Both the position numbers and the translations under genes were made by a program. This document shows, piece by piece, positions 12,901-23,830 of a DNA stretch of 64,000 nt (position 1 is the stretch's first letter; every line of letters begins with the position of its first letter). This DNA comes from Macrostomum lignano (taxonomy: Eukaryota). The stretch lies in the NCBI GenBank assembly GCA_002269645.1, contig NIVC01002873.1, positions 7,448 through 71,447 on the forward strand. Reading direction: 5' to 3'. A model generated the notes under the pieces. That model saw only the letters and a program-made list of their open reading frames with translations, made no database searches and had not been told where the DNA came from.

Positions 12901-13352
12901 ATGAGGTTGCCAGCAATCTCCAGCTGGTTAGCTATGATTAGCAGCAGTTTGACCCGGATGTAGCCCTGCTGAGCAATCCAACCGTACATGGGAGTGCAGA
13001 ACAGTGACGATATGTTGAATGCTGCCAAGGTAGCGCCGTAGAACTGCACGGCAGCCGACATGTCGAACTTGGTGTAAAAGTACAACCAGAGTGTGGGCAA
13101 AATGATGGCCCGCTCCACGCCGCTCAGGAGGCCCCAGACAGCGCCGATGGCGATGACGCGAGTCCTAGCTGAGCTGTCGAGTTGGAGCTTTGTTCGGCAA
13201 GCGTCGAGGCACCCGGGACTGCAGCAGGCGCAGCAGGCGCAGCAAGCGCAGCAGACAGCGGGCTCTTTATCGGTCACCAAAGGCCGGCTCTCTCCTCTGC
13301 GCTCGTCCACTGGATCCGATGGTGAAGATGCTGTTTCTTCCGGTGTAGCCAT
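9971..13352 (-). CDS. MFSD8: MFS transporter, MFSD8/CLN7-like (2 coding exons, about 528 aa)
   Basis: Exon 13352-12728 (donor GTAAGG) joins exon 10932-9971 (acceptor CTGATCAG) in phase 1, with an open frame and multiple hydrophobic helices. MFS features include WLVFLGRFVAGAGAG, YADVVRVTSKKERT and YNSPGLVMALLW. N-terminal ESRPLV resembles an acidic dileucine lysosomal signal. The symbol denotes family similarity, not proven orthology. Confidence 0.85.
11265..11961. mobile_element. Non-autonomous DNA transposon (MITE), about 255-bp TIRs, 8-bp TSD (hAT- or P-like)
   Basis: TIRs 11265-11519 and 11708-11961 are nearly identical and begin CAAGGACGACTTAAGTAGAAGGACGGGAAA. Perfect direct repeat GTTTCTGA at 11257-11264 and 11962-11969. 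Lies in the MFS intron. Confidence 0.92.
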
Positions 13353-14306
13353 GATTCCCTCGACGACTAGCCGTGCAGGTGGATTCTATGATTGCGGATA
13401 GAATATAATATAGAGCGGACTGGCACTGCATGTGTAGGAAATTAGGAACGAGCTGAAAAGACGCGTTCCTTTCGGGAGTACAAAAGTTGCCTGCCGAATG
13501 TTTTCCGTTGAAGATCGCCCTTGTTTGCATTTCATCCACATTAACTTACATGTACTCGTATTTACGAGCGTTAAAGTTTAATAAAAATTACATACCCGGG
13601 AATTACATAGTAATGCGCTCTCCACTCAATATTACCTTACTTAGACACCTAATACACGGATTTAAATCTTTAAATCACATTTATTTCTTTTAATTGGTCC
13701 TATTGATCACGTGATCCCAAGCCAAGAAATCCTCTCAAACCCGTTGCTTGTAAAAATGAGAAATTAAAAGATTAAATTTGAAGACCTCGTATAAAGAACC
13801 TCTGATCCTCTGATTTGAACTTACATACTCGTAAATACATATAATGTGGGTGAAATGCAAATGTGGGCAATCTTCGGAGGGAAAATTTAATAGACCGGTT
13901 CCTTCCTACTGAAACGCAAGTACACAGAGTTATTACCTCTTGATAGCTTTCAAACTAGTCGGATTGTCGTCTCTTCAGCCTTGGCCCCGTCGTGGGTGTC
14001 TCTCATAAAAGCTTGGTCTGATCGAGAGACAACTCAAAATGCTTTTTATTTCGCAACTGTTGCAGGGTCAGTCAGTGGAATCAACCAATCGCAGAAATTT
14101 TTCTCTCCCCCACTTACTTGAATTGCATTTAACTCGCGCTGCCTTGCCCCAGGGTTCTTTTTTCCAAGATTTTGTTCGACTTTTCTCCAAGCTTTAGTGC
14201 TCAACGTCCACATTGAGTATTTGGGTACCGCATACTACTTTCTTCTATTCGACAAAATACAAAAGAAAGGCTATTGGGAGCTTTGTAGTAACACATTGAT
14301 TCATGA

Positions 14307-14592
14307 GGGAGCACGAGAAATGCCCGCCGAAATTTGCCCGCGGGAGATTTGCCCGTCGAGCTTTTCCCGCCGAGATTTGCCCGCAATGCTTTTTTCATGC
14401 AGCGCATTTGGAAGCTTAGATTCTGTCTGCATTGCCTCCCCCCAAAAATATGAATTTGATATGCACGTTTTGATCGTGTAAAATCTCTTTATTTAGACTT
14501 ACTAAGCATTAGCAGAAAAAAAGCATTGCGGGCAAACCTCGGCGGGAAAAAACTCAGCGGGCAATTCGTCTGCGGGCAATTCTCATGGACCC
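14307..14592. mobile_element. MITE with GGG...CCC termini and 9-bp TSD (Mutator-like)
   Basis: Imperfect TIRs with internal GCCCGC/GCGGGC subrepeats. Perfect direct repeat GATTCATGA at 14298-14306 and 14593-14601. Confidence 0.85.
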
Positions 14593-14771
14593 GATTCATG
14601 ATGCCAATGTCAAATTCATGCTCGTGTTACACAATAAGTCGTTGACTCGTTATAAATCTTTAAGTTCTGTAAATGCCAGGTTTTACAAGGAAATTTAATT
14701 ATTTGCTACATTTCTGCTACAATCTGAGCAGAATAGAGAATATCCAGCCATTCTTACCTCATTTTGTTTGC

Positions 14772-15070
14772 TGTAGGGATTTGCTGTCTAGTGGTTAGAG
14801 CGTCAGACCAACGTCTGAAAGGTCGGGGGTTCGATTCTCGACCCACTAGAAACAATTTGTGTCCTTGAGCAAGACACTTAACTCTGCATTGCTTCAGTTC
14901 ACCCAGCTGTAAAATGGGTGCCAGCATTAGCTGGGGTAATTGAGGGTGTGTGGTGATCCCCCAGCCCTTGGACTGAACAGCCGTACGCAGCCTTCAGATG
15001 CGCCGAGCAATAGCTGCGGCTGAGCTGTCGGTTGCACATCTGCCCATTAGGGCAGGTGACGTAATATTAA
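14772..15070 (+). mobile_element. tRNA-derived CORE-type SINE, copy 1
   Basis: Pol III A box (TAGTGGTTAGAGCG) and B box (GGTTCGATTC), then TGTGTCCTTGAGCAAGACACTTAACTCTG...CAGCTGTAAAATGGG resembling the MIR/CORE domain. Highly similar copies at about 24897 and about 46720. Confidence 0.88.
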
Positions 15071-15224
15071 AATAGGATATGGTCGCAGAATTTTCCTGAG
15101 ACATGGGCTAAGCATATCCTCTTATTATAATTATACATTTTTGCTGTGACAGGATACAGCCAGCGAGGATTATGCGTGACGAAAAATTATAATTGACATC
15201 GGCGTGGGGATTTTGATTTAGCTA

Positions 15225-15345
15225 GTTATTACAGACTTATTACAGACTTAAACAGACGTATTACAGAATTATTACAGAGTTATTACAGATTTATTACAGA
15301 CTTATTACAGACTTATTACAGACTTATTACAGACTTATTACAGGC
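15225..15345. repeat. 11-bp tandem repeat (ACAGACTTATT)n
   Basis: About 11 copies visible. Confidence 0.85.
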
Positions 15346-15566
15346 AGACATCGTAATCTTGATGAAATGAAGGTTCACAAACAGTTCATCTTAAGCATTC
15401 AGGCGTCCCCGATATGTGTACGGCAAAGGATGCGCTGGTCTCGCCCCATGCTGGCTATATAGGCTTCGTCAACGTCAACAAGCGCATGATAGGAAACTTT
15501 GGCTCCCAGTTCCGACTCACTGGTGATGTCTGAGAAACCACATGCAGAAGTCACTACGAACTGGTT

Positions 15567-16290
15567 GCAAGGATACTGAAGTGGATGAAGGACGGGAAAG
15601 TACGTTTCTTGGAAAGTTTTAGGAGGCAGGTTTCAACGAAAAAAATACGAATACATTACACATGTACGTAGAACTAAGGAGGTTTTTTATTTTTGGCTCA
15701 AAATTTGTAATTAATTTCGATAGCAAGCAGATCCGATGTTGTGTTCATATTTTGATATGACTGCCTTTCTTAAGTTACTGCTCTATATTCAGGGGCGTCG
15801 CCATGGATTTTTTGGTGGGGGGGAGCCAAGAATTCTACATATATCATGTACATGACTAAATTCCTACTACATGTACATTAGTTTCAGAATCGGTGTAGTC
15901 AGCACTCATTTTAACGCTACAGGCTAGGCACTCATTTTGGCGCCGCAAGCACTTATTTTGGCGCCGCAGGCACTCATTTTGGTGCCGCAAGCACTTATTT
16001 TGGCGCCGCAGGCATTCATTTTGGCGCCGCAAGCACTTATTTTGGCGCCGCAGGCATTCATTTTGGCGCCGCAAGCACTTTTTTAGCGCCGTAGGCACTA
16101 TGTTTGTCGCCCTGCAGCAAAATTATTGATTTCCATAACGGGTCACAAGGTGGGGTGGGGGGACATGTCCAGTCCCCTTGTCCCCCCCCCGTTGGCGACG
16201 CCCTGTCTATTGATAGTCGTAGAGCTTTTTTGTTCTTAAAATTAGGATTCTGTGCTAATTTTATATCCTACATGTACATACTGTATACGT
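15567..16290. mobile_element. Old copy of the CAAGG MITE family, split by a nested insertion
   Basis: 15567-15789 and 16206-16290 are colinear with the left TIR of the 11265 element (GAAGGACGGGAAA...TTTCTT.GAAAGTTTT; AAATTAGGATTCT.TG.TAATTTT). Confidence 0.65.
15790..16205. mobile_element. hAT-like MITE (CAGGGGCGTCGCCA...TGGCGACGCCCCTG) containing a 21-bp tandem array
   Basis: Perfect 14-bp TIR. Flanks TCTATATT / TCTATTGA are a partial 8-bp TSD. Internal repeat TTTTGGCGCCGCAAGCACTTA, about 8 copies, at 15925-16095. Confidence 0.8.
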
Positions 16291-17552
16291 AAATTATACA
16301 TGTACGCGCTCAGCTGGACTCAGTATTCGTTTATGTCTATGAATTTTTATTATCATTCTTGGCGTCCTGCCGTCCTCTGGAGCTCTTGTTGAAAAACAGG
16401 AATTTTGCTGAACGTTAGGCAATCACGATGATCTGCCTAAAATCGAGAGTTCAGACTGCATGGGCACACAAGGGCCACTGTATTTGTGAGCACATCGGCG
16501 TTGACATGATCTCGGCCAGCGGGGTGCTCTCCACACTGAGAAATCACACTAGCTGCAAGCTGGTCCTACCAGCGAGGTCTGCGACTGCAGACACTTTTAA
16601 GTTGTCGACGTCAATAGTTGCTAACCACTTGAGCCAGCATGCCTACTTTGGCTCCCCGGGAGTGGCGTATTGGCTAGTAACTGCCTAAATGTTATGTTAT
16701 ACCTACATGTGTCTAGATAATTCAAGTTGATACATGTATGTATGTATACCAACGTTTAAGAATATGTGCTGTCCCATATTCAGGATTTCATGTAGTATTT
16801 GCAACAAGTTTATAATCAGTATGGCAAGTAAATTTACACAAGTATACTCAAAAGAATATTTAATTTGTTATTAATTGACACGTCAATTACCTTGGTACAT
16901 AGTTGATGTTTGTTTCGCAGTTGTGTCTTTTCCTAGAAGTGGAAAATTCGAGAAACATAGAAGTGTGTTTGCTACAGTTTGGACTTTCCTAGGTCAAAAA
17001 AGATGTAACTTAGTTGCGGCAGATGTGGGATGTTGGTATGGTCAGCGCTGAAGTGTAAAGCTAAAAATTTATTTTTTTATCGTGCTGGTTTTCTGCAAAA
17101 AATTAAAAATTCACCGCTTTTTAAAAAAAAAACAATTCAAAATATAACTCACTTTAATTTTCCTGTCTAATATGGCTTTAATGTTTCGCAAACATTTGTT
17201 AAAAATGAAACCTAATTGAAAAGAAACCTTGAAACCTCGGCGGCAGAAACAGAAATTTTTTTAACTCCAAAAACTCAGCAGTGTTACAAACGCCATTGAG
17301 TATTTTACCTTTACCTTAAAATCCTATTTCAACAAATCAGTTCAGTCAAAATTCCTTTCTCTAGAAAATTGTCATTAACTTTCTCTTTTTGTCTTGACTT
17401 AATGGCACGATCCGTCGAATTATTGACACTTCTTAGATTCTAGTACGAAACATTGACATATCGTCATAGATTTAGGCTCTAGGCCTACTTTTACTATTGC
17501 GAATTCTTAGATTCTTTGCTCCAGTAAGCCGTATCTTTGCATACTGTTTAGA

Positions 17553-20500
17553 ATGACAGCCATCGAAAGCAATTATAGTATTTCCACTGGGAACAAATAT
17601 GGCTTCTTAATTGATCATGACGAAGACCCTGAGGTACTACTCAGCAAAATCGAAAAACAGGCACAGAAGGTAGAAAAGACAAAGCAAAAGACAAAAAAGG
17701 ACAAAAATGAGAAGAATGCAACCAATTCTAAGACAGAAAAAAAAGTAGAACAGAAGCCAGAGTCAGCTCCAGCTGATGGGAATCGGCAGCAAAGAAGGCA
17801 TAAGAAAGATCAACATGAAGGTATGTTTATTAGTCAGCTAAGTTAAATATTTAATGTTTTATACATTAATAAACTTAGCCAATTTGGAGACATTGAGACT
17901 TTATTTTAAACTAGTATAGCAATAGACCAATGTACTATGAGTATTTTTAGCAATTATCAAAAATATATTGTTGGACCTTTTTAATTATAGTAGAAATATT
18001 ACACCTACTAAGTCTATTTGTCAACCAATATTAAGAAGCCAATAAATGTATTATCAAGTATTTCTATTTGATAGACAATAGTAGTTGATTTCTAGCAACA
18101 AATAAATTATAGATTATTGACAATATCATTATGCATTTAGATTTAGATGACTTTAGGTTTAAGCTTACTTAAACAATTCTATCTAGTTTTTATGGCATTA
18201 TTTTGTCTTATAAAACTACATTTTGCATCAATTTTATGAAATAAACCTTTACTATTGATAATAACTTTCTTTTTAAAGTTATAGGCCTAACACAATATAT
18301 TGAAATATAGGGCTTAGCCTATGATTAAAAAAGGCAAACCAAAATCGCAACAAATCAGTGCAAATAGCCAAATACCATAGTTTGGATCATGCTAGGTGCA
18401 TGCCTGAATAAAATTTGAATAATTGAAAATGCATGTCAAAAAATAGTGCATGCCCATTTTGAAAAATATACCAATGTTGCGACAATAAATGACCTTTTTT
18501 AAATTGCATAATATACCCCTATTAGTACATTATTTGGTTGATTTTTATGCTTTTTGGCGATTCTATTTATGGTGTGAAATTGATACATGCAAATGTTTGT
18601 TTAAATCTATTATAAATCTGTATATTTGTGTGAGTTTATAGCTTGAAAAAACTAGAAACCTTGAAATTTATGCTTAAAAATAAACTTTTTTTTTCATTTT
18701 TTCTACCAGGTGTGCACATATACTATTTTCTTAAGAGTGATGCATGCCAATTGTGCATACCTAATTTTGGTATACAAGGCCAATGCACAACCAAATTTTT
18801 GGGCATATGCACTACATAATCCAGAGTGTGATACAAATATAACAAAGCCATATAATAAAATATAGTTATGATAAAACAATGATAAAACAACATTTACAAA
18901 TCAACAAAATTTCTTAGACTTAGTAGTATTAATCCTAAAAGTTCTATGTTTAAATTAGAATGTATATTAAAGTTTAGATATTTAGATAAAAAAGTATTTC
19001 AATTAGTTTTGTGGCTTATTCAACTTCAAGACAATAACAAATTTAATCGTAGCAATAGCCAATAAGCTGATTATAAAAAGTATTAAAATATTTTTAATTA
19101 TCAAAAAGTAGGCCTATCAATTTTACAACTTACTTATGATCTCAGTTACTATTATGCAATTTTTTGTCTATGGTTAAACCAAATATAAATTTGTTTTTAG
19201 CCAAATCAAGTTCAAATGTATATAGTATACATTAGTCTGGAAACTTTTACAATATCCTTTTATATATGTTAGCTAATTATAAAAATTATTTTTTGCTAAT
19301 TTTTTAGTGTTTTGTCATTATAGGAGTTCCTTATTTGTTTTACCAAATATAGTCATAGACATTGCTTAATTGTAAATCACTATATTTAAAAATAAATAAT
19401 ATAAAAAGCATTAATTATGTAACATAAAGACAATTAAAAATGTAATTTAAAATAATATTGTTTATATTTATATTTATAAATATAAACAATATATTTATGT
19501 TTATGTTTATGTTTATGTTATATTTATGTTTATATATACAATTTGTATCCTTAAGCAAGACACTTAACTCTGAATTGCTTCAGTTCACCTAGCATTTATA
19601 GGATGGCAATTGGTGCACCTAGCAAGAATGTTTTGTATTATAGACTTTATGTAGCACCATATGTGCGCAACCTTGGGAATCACCCGGCCGTTTCTATTGG
19701 CAACACACACACATGTAAGTCGCTATTGGCTGAGAGCAGTCACGTGACTACTATTCTGTCCAATAGCGACATACATGTGTGGGTTGCGCCCAAGCATGTG
19801 TAGCACTAATTAGTTGACGAGGCACTTACAGATATAATTGCTCCAACTGTTTACCCAACTGCTTATGCCGCTGCTCTATCCTATCTACCAGGTGGAAAAC
19901 CGCGGTCTGCCGAAGGCCAAGCTGAACAGGGCGCCGCGCCGCAGTCTGCCAGCGGCAGCTTTCACGGCCGCGGTGGCCGCAGTGGCTTTGGTCGCGGTGG
20001 CCGACAGCCGCAGGGCAACCGGCCAGAGGATGCCGCCGCTGGCGCTGCGGATAGCGGCGGCTTATCTGCTGACGCTGCCGGACCAGCTGATGGTGTGCAG
20101 CAGCAGCGGGGCGGCTTCGGCGGCCGGGGCGGCAACCGCGGCGGTGGCTTTGGTGGCGAATATGGCGGAGGCCGCGGCCGCGGTGTGCGCGTCTTTGGCC
20201 GAGGCGGCGGCGGCGAACGGGGACGCCGCGGCGGCTTCGGCCAGCGGCCGGGCGGCGAGGAGGGCGAGAGTGAGAGCGCAGAGCCGGCAGCCGATGAAAC
20301 CAGCGCCGGCGGCCGCGGCGGATTTGGCGGAGGAGGCCGCGGTCGCGGATTCGGCGGCGAAGGCGGCAGCGGTGGCAGGGGCCGCGGATTCGGCGGCGAA
20401 GGCGGCAGCGGTGGCAGGGGCCGCGGATTCGGCGGCGAAGGCGGCAGCGGTGGCAGGGGCCGCGGATTCGGCGGCAGCGGTGGCAGGGGCCGCGGATTCG

Positions 20501-22154
20501 GCGGCGAAGGCGGCAGGGGCCGCGGATTCGGCGGCGAAGGCGGTAGGGGCCGCGGATTCGGCGGTGGCGGCGGCAGGGGTCGCGGTTTCGACAGCGGCGG
20601 CGAAGGCGGCGACGGGAGGGGCCGCGAATTCGGCGGCCGAGGGGGTCGCGGTCGCGGCGGCTTTGGCAGCGGACCGCCGCCCGGCATGGAGGCTGACGAG
20701 GTGCCGCCGCCAACTGAGGCTGGCGTAGAGTCCGCCCCTCTGGCCGATGCCGGGGCCGTCGAGCAAGTCGACGGTCGGCCTGCCGAGTTTGGCGGACGGC
20801 CACGCGGGCGCGGTGGCCGCGGCGGAGGACGCGGCCGCGGAGGTTTCGGTGGTCGCAGCGGCGGCGGCGGCGGTTTCAACCGCGGCCGAGAGTACGACAG
20901 GCGGTCGGGCTCGGCCACCACCGGAGTGAAGCCGGTCGAGAAGCGCGAGGGCTTCGGGGCACACAACTGGGGCAACGTGCGTGACGATATTGAGTGAGTT
21001 GTGTAGTAATTTTAGTTCGCTTCTAGTAGGATTTTGCCTCGAAATTCATTGCCTTGAACCTTGCCAAAATCAATGCAATATTTACAGTCGATAGCACACG
21101 CTCAGGTGCATAGCGGTCAGCTGACTCAAGATGTACACTCTCTGTGCTTTTGTGGGGGGGGGGGGCTGTCCCTCATCCAGACGTGAAGTCCTCAACAAGC
21201 CTTATGGGGGTAGTTTTCGTTAGAGGTCCCAGTTTTACTTAATATGTATTAGCGACTTGTGAAGTTTAGGTCTTGTGAAGTTTAGGTCTTGTGAAGTTTA
21301 GGTCTTGTGAAGTTTAGGTCTTGTGAAGTGAAGGTCTTGTGAAGTTTAGATTTTATTGAAAGTGAATGCTAAACTTTTAGGCGACGTGGAGTTAAGGTCT
21401 TGTGAAAGCGCCCCTCGTAGCCCACAGGCTCACTTTACATTGTCAGTTGTGGGTGTTATTGGCAGATCTATTAGAAATACAAATAAAGCACTGCTCGGGT
21501 TCATTGTCGCAGGGGCCAGCAGGAGCCTGTGGACGCCGCTGCCGGTCAACCGTCGGCTGCCGCGCCCGCCGCCGCGGACGACTGGGCGGACGCCGTCGAG
21601 CAGGAGCAGCAAGAGGCCAACGCGGAGGCCGGCGCCGCCCGCCAGCCATGATGACCCTGGAGGAGTGGAAGCGGCAGCAAGCCGAGGACAGGGCCAAATT
21701 GTCCGGCGCTGGCGCCGCAGCCGCGGCCGCTAATGTCCGACGCGTCGATGCGTCGGGTTTCGGCGAGATGCGCCAATACAAGAAAGAGCGACCGCCGACC
21801 GACCTCGGCAACGACGGCGTCGAAGGTGGCGCCGGTGGCGCCGCCGCCGCTACAGCTGGCGCCGCTTTTGTTCGCAAGCCGCAGATTGAGACGAATTTCT
21901 ACGTGAATCCGGTCGCTGCCGAGGGCGGACGGGGCGGCGGCGGTGGCAGGGGCGGCCCTCGCGGCGGCGGCGGACGCGGCTACGGACGTCCAGATAGCGG
22001 CGGCCGAGGCGGTCCTCGCGGCGGCGGCGGCAGAGGCGGCGGATTTGGCCGCGGCGGCGGCGGCGGCGAAGGCTACGGCGGTCGTCGAGGCGGTGGTCGC
22101 CAGGCCGCTGCGGACTTCCACGTGCAGGACAGCGACTTTCCCCAGCTGGCCTAG
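17553..22154 (+). CDS. SERBP1: SERBP1/HABP4/vig-family RGG RNA-binding protein (3 coding exons, about 670 aa if one base is restored)
   Basis: Exons 17553-17820, 19892-20993, 21513-22154, all GT-AG. Family motifs: YSISTGNKYGFLIDHDEDP, REYDRRSGS...KREGFGAHNWG, MTLEEWK and C-terminal DFPQLA*. Exon sum is 2012 nt, one base short of frame; the shift maps to the C-run at 21638-21640. Confidence 0.88.
19545..19597 (+). mobile_element. CORE-SINE fragment in SERBP1 intron 1
   Basis: TCCTTAAGCAAGACACTTAACTCTGAATTGCTTCAGTTCACC matches the core of the three full copies. Confidence 0.7.
21258..21350. repeat. 16-bp tandem repeat (CTTGTGAAGTTTAGGT)n
   Basis: About 6 copies in SERBP1 intron 2. Confidence 0.9.
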
Positions 22155-23830
22155 GGGCAGCAGCTAATGCCGGTGACGTGAGACAAACTTATTGACGCCT
22201 GCGCGTATTGCCCTATTTTGATTATAACAAAGGCCAGATTAGACACATAGGCAGGGCTGTCAAGTTTTCTTGCTGGTTTGTTAATTCAATTAGCTTTGTT
22301 TTTTTTTAACCCTTTTGTTTGTTTTAATGTAGCGGCTAATCCTTAGCCCGATGCCTCCCTCTCTGCTGTACCCAGATTTGCTGTCCCAGCTGGTTCCACT
22401 GCCTAATTGTATAACTGCACTCGGCACCCCCCCCCCGTATGCAATATAAAACTGTTTCATCTTTTATGTTCTAATAATTTACTACTGATTAGTAGTCTGT
22501 TCGCGTATTGTTTAAATTATTTTTCTAATTAATAACTAAAGCTAAATTTAATTTTTTTCTAATTTCAAATAAAAGCATAACCGTTTAGCCTGTTATAAAC
22601 TGCACGCACTACTAGCGAGTAACGTGTTGTCTAATCATACACATCTAATCATATTTTATTGACAGTTTCAAAAGTTTTGCAGCTGTTTCCTTCTTGTTCT
22701 GTTTATTTGCAGTCTTATTTGTGTGCATAACAAACGGGTGGCATATTGAAGTTTTTATTCACTTTTAAAACAATTAGTTAACAATTCAATTGATTCCGTA
22801 TGCTCCATTTGTTGTTGTTATCTCTTTTTTAACTAGCTTTTCCCGTATTACAATGAGTTCTTTTTTGTCGCTGCTATTCATCAAGCCCCTGTCTGGTGTG
22901 TCTAGCTGTTCTCGTCCCCCGTTTATCTATATTTTTTCGTTTTTTGCTTTCACATGCTATTTTGAATCGCATCAAATTAGCAAGCGCGTCTCCTGTCCCT
23001 ACTGACTACTGTTAGTAGGCGTATAAAAAAGCTGGCATTAGAATGACCTATCTTGTGCAGAGCGGTGTTGAGCCTGCCCCCAGTCGCTTAATTCTCATGC
23101 TGATACATTGATTATTTAAATTGCAAATATTGCAAAAGAAACAAAATTGAATAAAAGAGAAGCCCCTGTTGCTGTTCTGTTGGGCCGCGTCTTGTGGCTG
23201 GATTTGTTTCGCCGGAGGAACTGTTGATGAATGGAAAATGACTTAAACGATTTTACAGTCCCCCTGCCGGGGTGGAGTCGCTCTTATCTGTTGGACTTGA
23301 GTTCATTTCTGTTTCACCCATAGTGTAGGGAAATATGTCTTCTACATATCCTAGAGAGGACGGAAGCCTCTCTATCCAGCCCTCGGGTCCTTTGAAACTT
23401 TACAATAGCAATCCAGCCTGCTCAAGGTTTCTGTCTCTTCTCAGCTCTCTTCTCTCCCTTCTCTATTCCCCTCCCTCCCGTTGAAAACGATTTCGTAACA
23501 AGAATCACTAGGGAGGCATTGCAATCAACTCTCTAGTAGTAACTCTAGCGACTCTTGTGACTTTTCAAAACAACTGTTGGGTCACAAGCGCGTCATGCAA
23601 GTTGCAGAATCGAAAGAGTCTTCCTGGAATCGTTGTGTTGACGATTAACTTTCGCTAGAGATGTGGCTCTATATTCAATATTCATCAAGGGGTCGCAAAT
23701 GCGCTTCAAACACAACTCCGTGACTACAGCGACTCAAAATACGACTCTACGGCCCTCTAGAGCTGCAGACAATTAAACGATTCAGCCTTCAAAGTGACTC
23801 TTTGATACTTCTTGGCGACTTGTACCCTGC

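Noticed and set aside
14772-14855. tRNA gene
   Set aside because: A and B boxes are present but the acceptor stem is not formed and the sequence continues into a SINE body found in three copies.
17821-19560. Very AT-rich stretch as foreign or organellar DNA
   Set aside because: Lies cleanly inside SERBP1 intron 1 with no ORFs or tRNAs; ordinary AT-rich intron.
19826-20975. Long antisense ORFs (325, 337, 300 aa) over SERBP1 exon 2
   Set aside because: Shadow ORFs of a GC-rich Gly/Arg repeat; no independent motifs.
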